The notes beneath the pieces were generated by a model, which was not told where the DNA came from, did no database searches, and saw nothing but the letters and a program-made list of their open reading frames with translations. Shown here piece by piece: positions 51,621-63,481 of a DNA stretch of 64,000 nt. The translations under genes and the position numbers were made by a program. How positions within the stretch are numbered: the stretch's first letter is position 1; each line of letters begins with the position of its first letter. The DNA is from Camelus ferus (Eukaryota): contig NC_045697.1 in assembly GCF_009834535.1 (NCBI RefSeq), positions 16,990,001 through 17,054,000 on the forward strand. The letters are read 5' to 3'.

Positions 51621-51853
51621 TTCTTTTTCTAGATGAGACCATGTTTTAAAATTCCAACAAGCAACACAAACACAGCCATGCCAGCGAAATGCATCTCCCC
51701 TCATGCTGAGATGGTTCACTGCCTCTTCTACGTCACTTATAGCCCACAGCTGGGGGTTATTCCACAGGGTCACCAGGCCAGGAGCAATACCCAGAGACTG
51801 ACAGCTTTGAGCTGAGCCTCCCGTCCTCAGTCTCTGTATCTCCACGGTGCCAT

Positions 51854-51882
51854 TGTGTGTGTGTGTCTGTGTGTGTGTGTGT
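51854..51882. repeat. Interrupted (TG)n microsatellite
   Basis: Directly visible. Confidence 0.9.
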
Positions 51883-52836
51883 ATACATATGTCTCCCATC
51901 TAGCTGGTTTACACAAGGGACATCAAACAGAAGGAGGCTGATGTGATTTTCTTGGACCCTTTCAAATGAGTTGCCTTGGAGAATCTGTTTTAAAATTACC
52001 AAGAGCCCCACCACATTACCTATAAGGCATAGATTTCAGAGCTTGCAATAGATGGTGAAAGCATGACCTAGTCTATACCTTGTTCCTAGTGCACAAGATC
52101 AGAAGATAAAGAAACGTTCTGGCTATAGTGGCAAATCCAGAATTTCTATGGTAGGGAAATGGGGAGCAAGTAGGTTGGAATGGAGGCTGAGGGGACCTGT
52201 CTCAGTGTGACATTCTGCACTGCAAACGTACTGTTTTGACGTAGCACATTCACTTGGTGTGGGAGGGGAGCCTGGTGAGACGGAAGTTTCCAAGTCCCCC
52301 CAAGCTACTCTAACACAAATACTAGGAGTAACACAAAGCTCTCCTGGTTAATATCTGACTTGACTCTTTTTTAAATTTCTTAAGCATTTAAGGAAAGGAA
52401 AATAATTAAAGCAAAATATTAGAAATTTCTTTTCATAACAGAAATTTCTGAAGGATATATTAACAAATAAATTCTAAGATTAAAAATTATAATTTCTTTT
52501 TCATTTAAAAAATAGCTGAATGCTGATGTTTACGATCCTTACTTGAAAATGCATGCAATTTGGTCAAACTAAAATTACGACAGCAACAGGCACAGTGTAT
52601 GCCAAAGTACTTTCGATCTTCAATGAAGCCCTGTAAATGAGGTGCGCAAGATATCACCTTCCCCACGTTGTGTGTCACAGAGGAAATGGGCTCACAAGTG
52701 AAGTGGTTTGCTTGCATTCACACAGTTACATAGATGGGTGCATGCTAGCAGCAGCTTCAAGTTCAGAACCCCTTCTACCATATTACAACTTTGTCTCCTC
52801 AAAAAAAAAAAAAAAAGGTTTGTGTTAAAGATAACC

Positions 52837-53035
52837 CCTCTGAGTGTAGAACAGTAACATCTCAGTGACGATGAGCACTCCTGAAGCCTAGTTTTTGGTT
52901 TCTAATACCATTCTCCAGTAAAAGAAACCCAGGAGCCTTGCAGAAATGGCTGATTCTTGGACGGGGGTAAGAAATAAACAAAATAACCTTAGAGTATCTT
53001 GCAGTGCCAGAAAGTAAGGAAGTGCTCAAACAGGT

Positions 53036-53072
<37 letters not shown>

Positions 53073-53956
53073 GATAGGAGCATGTCAAAGGGACCCAAAA
53101 GCCAACTAAAAGATTTCCCAACTGCCAAAGCTGTGACAAAATAAATAACATAGTATTGGATTGTAAGTCAAGAGTACAAAAGTAAATATCCACGAGTCCA
53201 TACTGATATAAGTAAATAATTCAGATAAATAAGTAAATGAAAGCAAGGAGACAAATTTCCCATGCAGCAAAATTCCAAATAATTTCTGTACACATGCCAC
53301 CCTCAAAGAGGTACAGAGTGTAACTCCAAATTTTTAAGTGTGGGCAATGCATTGCAAATTCCTTCCAAAGAGTACAGTATGAAAGAAAGGAAAACTAAAA
53401 AATAACCTGACAGCGGAGAAACCTGACAAACATGACTTCAGCCAGATGATCAAGTTCAATAGCAACAGTGATAAGACAGTATGCACCTGCAAAACGATGC
53501 GATTTACCTCTGTCATCTTCCCCACAGAAACCCACGAGGCTACTCTAATCCTAAGAAAAACATCGGACAAATCTCGATTGAGGGGTATCCTGCAAAATGC
53601 CTGACCAGTCCTCTTCAAGACTGTCAAGGTCATCAAAAACAAGGAAAGTCAAAGAATGGTCACAGCCAGGAGGAACCAAAGGAGACATGACAACTAAATC
53701 TAATGTGGTGTCCTGGATGGAATCCTGGTGCAGAAAAAGGACATTAGGAAAAAATTCAAGACATATGAATACAGCAAGGCCTTTACTTAATAGTAAAGTA
53801 TCAATACTGGTGCATTCATTGTAACAAATGCACCATATTAACGTCAGATGTTAATATTAGGAGAAACTCCGTGCAGAGTATATGGGAACTCTGTATTACC
53901 TGTGCAATGTTTCTGTAATTCTAAAACTATTCTAAAATTAAATGATAATTTAAAAA
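52837..53956 (+). mobile_element. Ancient L1 (L1MD/L1MC-type) 3' UTR with an internal (CA)n and retained TSD
   Basis: 'ataccattctccagtaaaag...cagtgccagaaagtaaggaagtgctc...ctgtcaaggtcatcaaaaacaaggaaagtc...ctaaaactattctaaaa'. AAAGATAACC at 52827-52836 and 53957-53966. (CA)n at about 53038-53069. Confidence 0.9.
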
Positions 53957-54799
53957 AAAGATAACCTATTTGCGACAAAGCCACATACATGCCACATAAA
54001 CCATTTTACATGATCTAAGGATGGGATTTAATTCAGGGTAAAATAAGGAAACTTAACTATGACTTGTATACACTGGCCTTCATGGCAGCCCAAAGGCTTC
54101 AATCACCAAATGTTTTATAATGAATATTTTAAAACTATAAGATCACCCATGGTCTGTGGGTCATCCTTCCTTACCATTGAGCAAACTAGTAAAAGACCAG
54201 AGGCAGCAGCTGCTAAGGAAACAAAGGAAGCTTTAAAAAAACAGTGTGGCACGTGGTTCCACCTGTGCTGTCTGATACCAGCCCCAACAATCCTCTACTG
54301 AGTGGTGGTGAAGGGTGAAAAATCAGCGAGTCACTCTCAGCTCAGGCACTAAGAGGTAACACCTTCAGCTTGAGTGTGTGTGTACCTGGTGTGAAAGAGA
54401 TCTGAAAATTGCAACTTTAAATGCCTTGGGTATTGACAGAGCAATCTATGTGGCAGCTAAGTGGACATTAATGTACTACAAAGTACCTGTTGGAACCTCA
54501 CAAACTAAGTTATTTTCCCTCCTACGTATACACCAAGAGGGTATAATCTACTGAGGGGAAAAAAAAGAATTCTTGATTTTTAAATTGAGCTAAAGTGCAA
54601 GGCCAGGGGAGGGAGGGGGCCCAAGTAAGACTCTAGTCAGTGAAATGAGATGTGCTGACCTTCTCCGAGCTCAAGCACTTCACATCGCCCACCTGTAGCA
54701 AATACCTGGCAATACCCCAGCAGCTCGCTGACAGAGTGGAGGCCCTCTGATATGCATTATGATATCCCACCTGTTTGGCACAGAACAGCCCTTTTCCAT

Positions 54800-54960
54800 C
54801 TCCAAGAATCACGATGCTGTCCCAAAGTTACAAGGGACCTGAAAAGCTATTGTATCCAGCTGATCATTTGACACCTGATCCATCACCACAGGATATCTGC
54901 CAAGGGATCCTTCAGCCTCTCTTTGGGACCAGAACTCCACTACCTTTCAAGGCATGTTCC
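54800..54960 (-). mobile_element. Possible L3/CR1 fragment
   Basis: 'aagggacctgaaaag...tccag...ttcagcctctctttg...gaactccactacct' resembles the antisense L3 end. Confidence 0.35.
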
Positions 54961-54984
54961 AAGGGTGTCATTGTCCCTGCTTGA

Positions 54985-55462
54985 TCCCATTTCTCTGATA
55001 TCCTCTCTTACTACCTCCACTCCAGCCATCTCTGATTTCTTCATTGTTGCTTGTGCACTCCATGCACACTCCTGCCACAGGGTCTTTGCACTTGCCTTTT
55101 CCTCTACCGGAAATGCTATTCTGCCATATACTCACATGTCTTGCTCCCTCGCCTTCTTCATGTCTTTGTCCAAGTGTCACCTTCTCAATGAAGCTTTCCC
55201 TGACCACCTTATTTTAAATTGTCCCATTTCTACCTTCATTCCCAATATTCTATCCTCCTTAATGGCTTAATTTTTCTCTACAGCATGTATCACCATCTGA
55301 CATAGTGTGTATTTTACTACTTATTTCTTCATTGTCTTAGTCTCCCCTCTAGAATATAAGCTCCCTCAGGTCAGGGTTCTCTATTCATTACTCTACCCCC
55401 AGCACTCAGAAATCTGGTTTGCCTATGTCACTAAATTCATATAAATTCAAGAATGAATGAAC
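54985..55462 (+). mobile_element. L2a 3' end
   Basis: 'cactcctgccacagggtctttgcacttgcc...gtcaccttctcaatgaagctttccctgaccacct...ctagaatataagctccc...aagaatgaatgaa'. Confidence 0.92.
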
Positions 55463-55798
55463 ACTGAACTCCTAAGCAAAACTTTGTTTGATTGGGTCAT
55501 ATTTATAGAAACTTTATACACCACCCTATAAAAAAGTTAATCCACAATATGTGTACATTCCAGTTTATGACATTCCAGTTTATAGTATTATAAACTTTTT
55601 GTCAAAATGCCTTTTAAGACTGACTTTCAGTGTAGAAAATACAATCACCTTATGTATTAAAAGTGATGATTATGACATAGGTTTTCTTTTGTTCTTACTT
55701 AGGTAGTGAGTGGGGAAATTCACACATACATTTGAAATTCATTTGTCATTCATCTCTGCCCTCCTATCTTCTACACGGAGCCTAGCATGTTGCTTTCA

Positions 55799-56312
55799 AT
55801 GTACGTCCACACTAAAACTTGCACACGAACGTTCATAGCAGCATAAGAATCAAAAATCAAGAGAGAAAAGAAAAAAATACAAATATCCATCAACAAGTAA
55901 ATGGATAAACAAAGTGTTATATGTCCATACAATGGAAAACTATTAAGCAATAAAAAGAAATGATCTACTGATACACACTGCAACATGGATGAGCCTTCAA
56001 AACATTACGCCACATGAAAGCAGCAAAATTCACATGTATATGATTCTCTTCTATATAAACTACAAAAAAAAGCAAATCTATAGAGTCTTAAAGTAAAGTA
56101 GTGGTTGCCTGGGGCTGGAGGTGGAATTGAAGATTGACAGCAAATGGGTGTGAAGAATCTCTCTGGAGTGATGGACATATTCTAAATTTGGATGGTGGTG
56201 ATGGTTGCACAATAACATAATTTGCTGAAAATCATTGAATTATACAGTGAAAACAGGTGAATTTTATTGAGTGTTAAATATACTTCAATAAAGATATTTT
56301 TAAAAGAAAAAC
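55799..56312 (+). mobile_element. L1ME/L1MB-type 3' end (ORF2 tail remnant plus 3' UTR)
   Basis: 'gtccacactaaaacttgcacacgaacgttcatagcagc...tccatcaacaagtaaatggataaacaaa...gtggttgcctgggg...ggtggtgatggttgcacaa...tacttcaataaag'. Confidence 0.9.
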
Positions 56313-57399
56313 AAAGTGGGAACCAGCCAGGCACTATCTCACATGAGCACTGTGTTCCGAGTCAATGCCTTGAACAGAGGCAGGGAAGAGCCTCCAACAG
56401 TGGTTCCCTACAAGGGCAAAAACGACCTCTGTCTAGTCTTAGCAGAAGGAGAAAAGGCTGATGATACCAAACCCCAAGATATAGCCCAGTGTCACAGCAG
56501 AGCACTGAAAAAGAAGTTTGAGGGTTGTCTCTGCCCTTCTGGGTTTCTTCCAACTGGAAGGAATGAAATGTGCAGATAAACTCCCAACTTAAGAATAGTT
56601 TCATGCCCAAGCCCCCAAAGAGAGAGAAAGCAACTCATCAAGCATTCCTTCATTCAGTTTTCAAGACATTTATTGAACTTCTACTTTGCACAATCACCTG
56701 GTAGGGGTTGGGGACGCACAGATGCATCAGATCCAATGAAGCTCAGAATCGTTCTCATACTATCACTCAAGGCTCAGGAAGCTCCAAAAGAGATCCCCTA
56801 GTTCTCTCTCCTGACAGCTGAGATTTCCTGGGAGGCCAGGGGAGAAGGCTCTGGCAAGCTCACAAATCTCTCCCGCCAGGATCCCAAGAGAAGGATTAAA
56901 GCCCTGGACTGTGCTCCCGGGTTGACCATGAAAGAAGTAGGTGCCTGGGGTGTTTTATATGTAATTCCCTCCCTCCCTTGAAGGTCCAGCCTTCTGGGTT
57001 TCTGCTTCCCTGTCAGTCTCTTTTTCTCAGGCAGACAGTTCATCCGTTGAAATCAATAGGAAATCAATAAAATGCAAACACGGCCCTTCACCCTTGCTGG
57101 TTTAGACTCTCTCCTTTCAAACCTGAAAACACCACAGTGTTTCCTTCACAGCAGCCCCCTTGGTGACTTAAAAGCCTCTTCAGTTTTTGCCATCTTACGG
57201 TTCTCCTCCGCTCTGATGCGAAGTCACTTTGTTGTTCATCCAAGGAAGGTGACTCTTCCAAAACCCAGGGATCCTGTGTCCTGGATTCAGTCAGCCACCA
57301 CTTCCCACACGTTGTATTTTAGTCCCTTGGTGCTTTTCCATCAGCCCAACAGAAGACTGTGCATGGAAGTCAACGTGGGCAGGTGTGTCGCCTGCCCAG

Positions 57400-57558
57400 A
57401 GATGTCAGAGATGGCTTATGAGGGTAGCAAGTTCCCCATCCCTGGAGGCATTCAGACAGAGGGCTCACGATTCATTAGAGATCCTGGATTCAACACTCTG
57501 ACATTGTTTGAGGTTGGGCTAAATGACCACGAATGTTCTTCTGATTCTGAGATTTTGT
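57400..57558 (+). mobile_element. L3/CR1 LINE 3' end
   Basis: 'gagggtagcaagttccccatccctggaggcattcagacagagg...gaggttgggctaaatgacc...ttctgattctgagatt'. Confidence 0.75.
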
Positions 57559-57814
57559 CAAAGTGAGAACAATAGATCCCTAAGATATTATAAAAGCCAA
57601 ACAGCCTTGGTCAGTACTGGCCTGGACGAATCAGCCCCCTCCCCACAGAAATTTTCAGAAACACCTGGAGAGAAGCAGACTGTCAAAGACCAGACAAACT
57701 GATGCCAAGGCGGTAGAGTCAGGGTGCATTAATGTCAGTGGGGCTACAGCCGTTCAGAACAGCTGGAAGGGTCAGAAATATGGGGGAACATTACAATGGA
57801 GACCATGACAACAT

Positions 57815-58045
57815 GACAGCTGAAGGTGTGAGATTGAACTGGGTTCCAGTATCACTTCTGCCATTCACCATGGTAGCTCAGCAACCTCACACAAGTTATA
57901 TGACCTCTGTCCAGACATCAGTTTCCTCATCTGTGAAATGGGAATACGAACTCAGAGAGCTTTTATGAAGATTCAATGGGATAACATTTGAAAAGGGGCG
58001 CCGTCCCAGGAACATAGGAAGCTTCCCAGATGTTGAGGTTCATTG
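57815..58045 (+). mobile_element. MIR SINE
   Basis: 'ctgggttccag...ttctgccattcac...caagttatatgacctctg...cagtttcctcatctgtgaaatggg...ttatgaagattcaatgggataa'. Confidence 0.88.
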
Positions 58046-58719
58046 TTACGAATTCTTACTCCACTGAAGTGTCTAATTTGCTTGGCTGTCAGCATGGAAA
58101 GGAATTATTAGACACCTCACAGACTGTAGTAAGAGGTGCAGCCCCAGATAAAATGCCAGCCTGGATAGACCCTAGATCTAACTCATGGGGTGCCTCTTAG
58201 GCATCCTGTGAAGATGCCTGAATCCTTGGAAGGTTCATCCCCACTCCAGGGGGAGAACTTTCATGATAGCTCCACCCATCAGACAACCAGCATGGAGACC
58301 GCATGGAGCAGGCTGGGTCAGCTCTGAGACAGCTATGCAGACATGTCACTTTGATGTCTGTCTCTCTGGAGAATCCTGCTTCTTGGACTGATACTCATTT
58401 TAAGTTTAGAATAATTTTGTGTACCCGGCAATGTGGACTGATACCAAAAGAAAAAAGTTCATTTTGTCAGAGAAATGTAGGCAAGCCACCCAGAGATGGT
58501 CATGAGAGAGTCCCAGGCCACATCTGCACACACACACACCTGGATCAGCAGATACCTGACCATGATGGTTGGTTATATTGCTAACTGTAGAAAAGGAGAG
58601 CCAAGCAGAAGGGAGGAATAACCAAACCATGTGCCTGATTTAGTCCTATGGATGACAAAGGAAAAACAGATAACAAAACATCAAATGAGTCCTTTGCAGC
58701 TTCTTTGTCTTCACTCCTG

Positions 58720-58880
58720 TGTTTCAACCTAATCTGACCATAAGACTAGACCAGGATGCTTATTAAATTCAGGTTCTGGGGCCTCTCAGTCAATCCGTCA
58801 GTTAGAAGGCTTGGAAATCTGTATTTTAATAAGCATCCCAGGTGATTCATGGAGGCAGGTAAGTTTGGAGAACAACTGTC
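58720..58880. mobile_element. MER5A/B-like hAT-Charlie element
   Basis: 'gcttattaaattcaggttctggggc...ggaaatctgtattttaataagcatcccaggtgattc...aagtttggagaacaactg'. Confidence 0.8.
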
Positions 58881-58919
58881 TTAGTGCCAAATCATCGATT
58901 ATTGGTTTGGTTCCTTAAC

Positions 58920-59150
58920 AAGCACTCATCATATATGCCAGAACCTTCCTCTTGTAACACACGTGAAACATGCCTCCCAGTCCTCCCAGTTTCCCCATGA
59001 TGCCGTGACGGTTATCCCCATTTTCAAAGACAGAGACTGAAGCTCAGTGAGGTAAGTGACTTGCCCCGTTAAGGGCCAGAGCTGGGGCTCCAGCCCACAT
59101 CTTCTGACTGCCGCCCAGGGCCTTTTTCCATGATCTCACGGTTGCCTCAG
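58920..59150 (-). mobile_element. MIR SINE
   Basis: 'ttatccccattttcaaagacagagactgaagctcagtgaggtaagtgacttgccc...ccagagctggggctccagcccacatcttctgact'. Confidence 0.85.
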
Positions 59151-60419
59151 TAATCTGAATCACTCCTCTATCAACAACTCCAAGACCGATGATCCAGGCA
59201 GCCATATGGGACTAGTCATGGGATCCTCCCAGACTAATTCTGACATGTCTTTCATAGCAACAAAGAGCAGCTGCATTTCAAATGGGATGTCGCTGGCTGG
59301 AAATGGCACCCTGCCCGACGCATGGCCTCTTTAGACATCCTGTGAAAATGCCCAAAGAATGCTCTTGCAAAGTGTTTATTTTCTCTCATAATACTAAATA
59401 CAAATGCTGTCCCCCTGGAATCTGGTAGCTTGGGGCCCACGTATAACTTTATCAGAGTAACTGCCGCCCCGACACAGTTCCCTACAGAGGCTGCGCTGTA
59501 TCTGTCATTAGTTCACAAGCTGCGCTATTGGGTAAAGATGCCTTTAGAAAACATATCATTTACCCAATGGACTGAAATGGATCGCAAGAAGCTCCTCCAG
59601 TCTATCAGGTAATTACGGGGGAAGCCCTGTATTATTTACTGGAGAAAATGGAATGCCACCCTGGGAGGCACAGAGGTCCATCCCTGCTCTTCGTAATAAA
59701 TAGATGATCCCATTTTGTGATAACAACCATCGAGCTGACTCTGATTTCTGAGGCTTTTTTTCAAAAATCCTTTTGTTGCTTTTCTTTATATGTATATAGC
59801 TAATGGCTCCAAGCCAACCATAAATTATAAAATACCTAAAAAATTCATTGTAATCCCATCCACAGCTTTATTTAGCAGAAGGGAGTGCAAAATCCTCCGA
59901 AATCTCATTTATTTCACGACTGCAGTAATGACCACTTAAACAGGCAGCATATGGCAGCGTCTCATCTCATAGGGCTTTCGGAAGCTTAGAAGCCACAGGC
60001 CTACAGTCAACTGACCCACCTTCAAATGCAGCCACTCTGGGGACCCCAGCTATAGCGAAGCACAGTGAGCAACAAGGACTTAACCTTGACTCTCGTCATC
60101 TCCAGTCTGGAGGCTCGCTGGCCTGGGCCTCTGCTTCCTCCCCGAAAAGCCACTCTTCAGAGCCTGAGACTGGAGGAGGGCTGTGTCCCCAGGACCTACC
60201 AGGGCCCCTGGCATTCTGAGGCTACACGATAAACATGTGTCCCCCTGAGAAGGTCCCTTCTTCTGGCTCTCACTTCCTGTAACTCAGTCACTATATTCAC
60301 CGCTTTGTCCCAGCACCTGGAACAGTGCTGACACAGAACAGAGCTACCTTTGCAGCTGGTGATTTTTTTTTCCTTTTGCAACAGGCCTCAGCTACTTTAT
60401 TACACCGCCTTTATTTCTT

Positions 60420-60520
60420 CTTTTGTTTTTTAATGGAGATACTGTGGTTTGAACCCAGGACCTTGTACATGCTAAGCGTGCGCTCAGCCACTGAGCTACA
60501 CCGCCCCCCCCACCCCCTCA
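60420..60520 (-). mobile_element. Camelid tRNA-Ala-derived SINE (short form) with 12-bp TSD
   Basis: Minus strand reads GGGGCGGTGTAGCTCAGTGGCTGAGCGCACGCTTAGCATGTACAAGGTCCTGGGTTCAAACCACAGTATCTCCA plus an A tail. TSD CCTTTATTTCTT at 60408-60419 and 60521-60532. Confidence 0.9.
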
Positions 60521-61184
60521 CCTTTATTTCTTGAGCCTCCATCGTCTCCCCCAGTGAAAAAACTGTAATGGGAGGAGGGGAATGAGGGACACAACACAAG
60601 AATCATCCTTGAAGGCAGACTGGGGTCAAGGAGAGCAAAGAGACGCTCAAAGCCAGAAGAGGATCAGGAAGATTACAAGTGAGGAGCTAGAAAACAGCTA
60701 TGAATCTGTTTAGTCATTAAAAAATATATTTCCTGAACACACAGAGCATGCAAAGCTCTGTGCTAGACACACCTCCTCTCCGAGGCATGGAGAAGAGCAA
60801 TGATTACTTCTTAGCCAAAGACCCATAGCACTCATCAGAGAAGGGTCAGCTTCCTCAGAGAAGCATAACCCAAATGAAATAATAAAAATAATAACAATAA
60901 TAATAATACCAACTCAGAGAACCACATGGAAAAGACAGAACTAGGGACCAGAAGGCAGAGCTGAGGAGGAAAGGTCAAAGGTGAGGAGTGCAAGCAACAC
61001 AGCTCACACCACGAGGATAGTGCCAATTTGCTCTATTTTATGCATTCTGCACAAAAGTCAGTCAAAAGTCCTCATGATTTTTGGAAAGAAGTCTTAAAAC
61101 CCAATCTTTAAGACTCTGCTCTCTCAATACTGGATGGGAAGCTTCTTGAGAGCAGGGTTTGGACAGTGTCTTCAAGGCATGGAA

Positions 61185-61330
61185 GATTTCTTGGGCTTCT
61201 AAGTGCCTCGTAGGCACCAGGCATTCTGAGAGGTGACAGGCATTCAAGTGACAAAACACAGTTGCTCTGTCTTCGAGGAGTTTACCATTTAAAGAAGGGA
61301 ACCAAGAGGAAACAGATCACTTTCATTACA
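61185..61330 (-). mobile_element. L2 fragment
   Basis: 'aagtgcctcgtaggcaccaggcattctg...acaaaacacagttgctctgtcttcgaggagtttacc'. Confidence 0.6.
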
Positions 61331-61442
61331 TCTGGGATATCTTAGGATAGACGTAGGTAATGAGTCAACCACCACTTATATGCGATGATGCAGATTTCAT
61401 TTCCAGGAAATTGTCTGCAATCTTGAAGGTTAACTTCTAAGG

Positions 61443-61494
61443 GCATAAGTTACTCTGTATGCCATATAGCATAAGTTACTCTGTATGCCATATA
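61443..61494. repeat. Perfect 26-bp tandem duplication
   Basis: GCATAAGTTACTCTGTATGCCATATA occurs twice (61443-61468 and 61469-61494). Confidence 0.97.
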
Positions 61495-63021
61495 CAGGTC
61501 ATCTTACAGAGCACACTCCTGCAAACAGCATGGGGGAAAACAGCACAACTGAAGACATCTTTAGTGGGATGTCGCTTGTGTCTTTAATCAATTATATGAG
61601 ATTCTAGTTAAAAGATGGCCTTCAAGAATATTACATAAATGAAAAAGAACACCACAAGCCATCATCATTCGTCCATTCATTACTCTTTTCTTGAACTGAA
61701 ATGCATCTCTTTATTCATTAGGCTGTCTCGTTGGAAGCCAAAGTCAGATTGGATCAAAATATTTGGAGAAATGTGAAAGAACACCTTCATAATAGCCCCA
61801 GAATAATTCATTTTAATGCATAACTATTTAGCACCTAGTATTTGCAACTCGCTGAAATTTAAGTAAATTCCAGCCTAGCCTTCCAGAGACATACAATCTA
61901 GTGCCAAAAACAGCAAGCAAAGAAGCACTTTTGCTAGAAGAGGATACCTGCTATCATGATATCTAGGTGTTTATACTTTAAAACAATGCCTGTAATGAGT
62001 AAGGGCCACAAGTTCTAAAAGGCAAGTCACCATCAGTGGTTTTTTTAGTAGCATTACTCAAATGACATCATAAACACATGGGAGGCTGCCCAGCAGAAGA
62101 AAAGAAACAGCAAATGTACCAAGTCCTTTCTTGGAAGAGCTACCAGTTTTGAGATCTTTATGATTTGTTTTTTAATCTGCCTTTGTACTAAATCACAGCA
62201 TGCTCTACAACTTACTTGAAGCTGTTGACTGTGGGGGGAAAAAAGTTGAATATTCCTTGGGAAAGATTGTCCATTTCCACCTGCTAATGCACCATCTAAA
62301 ATGACCATTTATATGCACAATCATTTACCTGATGCATAATACTTAACTCGAAAATTATCACTAAGAGGTATTCCCGGTGCCAGCGTTTGAACACAGGGTT
62401 TTGGTGCAAACGCTGAAGCATTTCTACAGATAATGAAGCTCTCAACAAAGTCCCCTTTGTTAGACAATAAAAATAAATGATTTCAAAAGCCATCAACTGG
62501 TGATAAACAAATATATTTTATAGTAAAGCAGTTGGAGATTTGGGGGTAAGCTCATATTTCACTACCACGGGTTTGTTTTATCTTTTGTTTTTGTTTCTTT
62601 TTTAATCACAACCTACTCGGTATTCTCCACCTACAGCTTATCTTCTTTTTTTTTGTTAATAATAAAAAGAGCTGCTTCCATTTATGGAATACTTCTTTGT
62701 GCCAGGACTGGGCTAAGCAGCTTGCAGTCACTATCTTATTGAGTCTGTGCATCTCTTTACGAGACAAATTCTATTACAACATCCTGTTCTACAGAGGGGT
62801 TTGTGCAAAGTGAGCACAAATGCATACCTTTTTAAGAAACTTTGTAACTTTCAAAGTGTTTTGACATAGCTGGTCTGTTTTTTGTGGTCTAGTTGCAACT
62901 TCAAGCACTGAGGAGTGAATATATGTATATGAATATATATGACATTTATGAATATATATGACAAGGATCTCAACCTACAGAAGTGAATGGACCTGCCCAA
63001 GTTGACATGATTACAAGTGGT

Positions 63022-63481
63022 TGTAACAGACAGCAGAAAAATGGCCACAACGCTTCACTTCCCTGTAACCACTCCCCTTTGTAATGTAATTTTGCAGTTC
63101 CTCCCACCAAGAGGTGGAGCCTCTTTCCCCTTGAATCTGAACTAGCCTTTGGATTTGCTTTGAACAATCCATTGTGTTAGAAGCAGGCTCGAGAGGTCTG
63201 GCATTTTCTGTGCTCTCTCTGCCAAGAGAACGAGCTGTGCTAGCCTGATGGATGGTGAGAGACATATGGCCCAGCCACCCCCATCACTTCAAGTGACAGC
63301 CTGCAAGCCCCAAGTCAAAGTGCCTAGCTAACAGTCAGATCACTGCAAATGTGGACATAAACCTAGGTGAGACAAAGTCAAATTAAAGAACCACAGAACT
63401 GTGAGCCAAAGAAAAAAGATTGCTATTTATAACCATTAAATTTTGGGGTGGTTTGTTACACAGCAAGAGCTGACTGATACA
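63022..63481 (+). mobile_element. MLT1H/G-type ERVL-MaLR solo LTR
   Basis: 'tgtaacagac...aaaatggccacaa...cctcccaccaagaggtggagc...cccttgaatctg...cacagaactgtgagc...ttttggggtggtttgttacacagcaagagctgactgataca'. Confidence 0.88.

Noticed and set aside
52125..52640. Possible old hAT-type DNA transposon remnant
   Set aside because: It only vaguely resembles such ends, and I could not match it to a family.
57072..57566. Longest ORF (164 aa)
   Set aside because: Its 3' third runs through a decayed L3/CR1 tail and it has no recognisable domain.
58188..58220. Overlapping short inverted repeats (GGTGCCT/AGGCATC/GATGCCT)
   Set aside because: Seven-bp arms with no supporting context.
60434..60510. Genuine tRNA-Ala(AGC) gene (also 12747 and 41167)
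   Set aside because: The stems are mismatched, there is an A-rich tail rather than a plain T terminator, and two copies have TSDs. These are SINE retrocopies.
61443..61494. CRISPR-like repeat
   Set aside because: Only two directly adjacent copies, no spacers, no cas genes, and a eukaryotic context.
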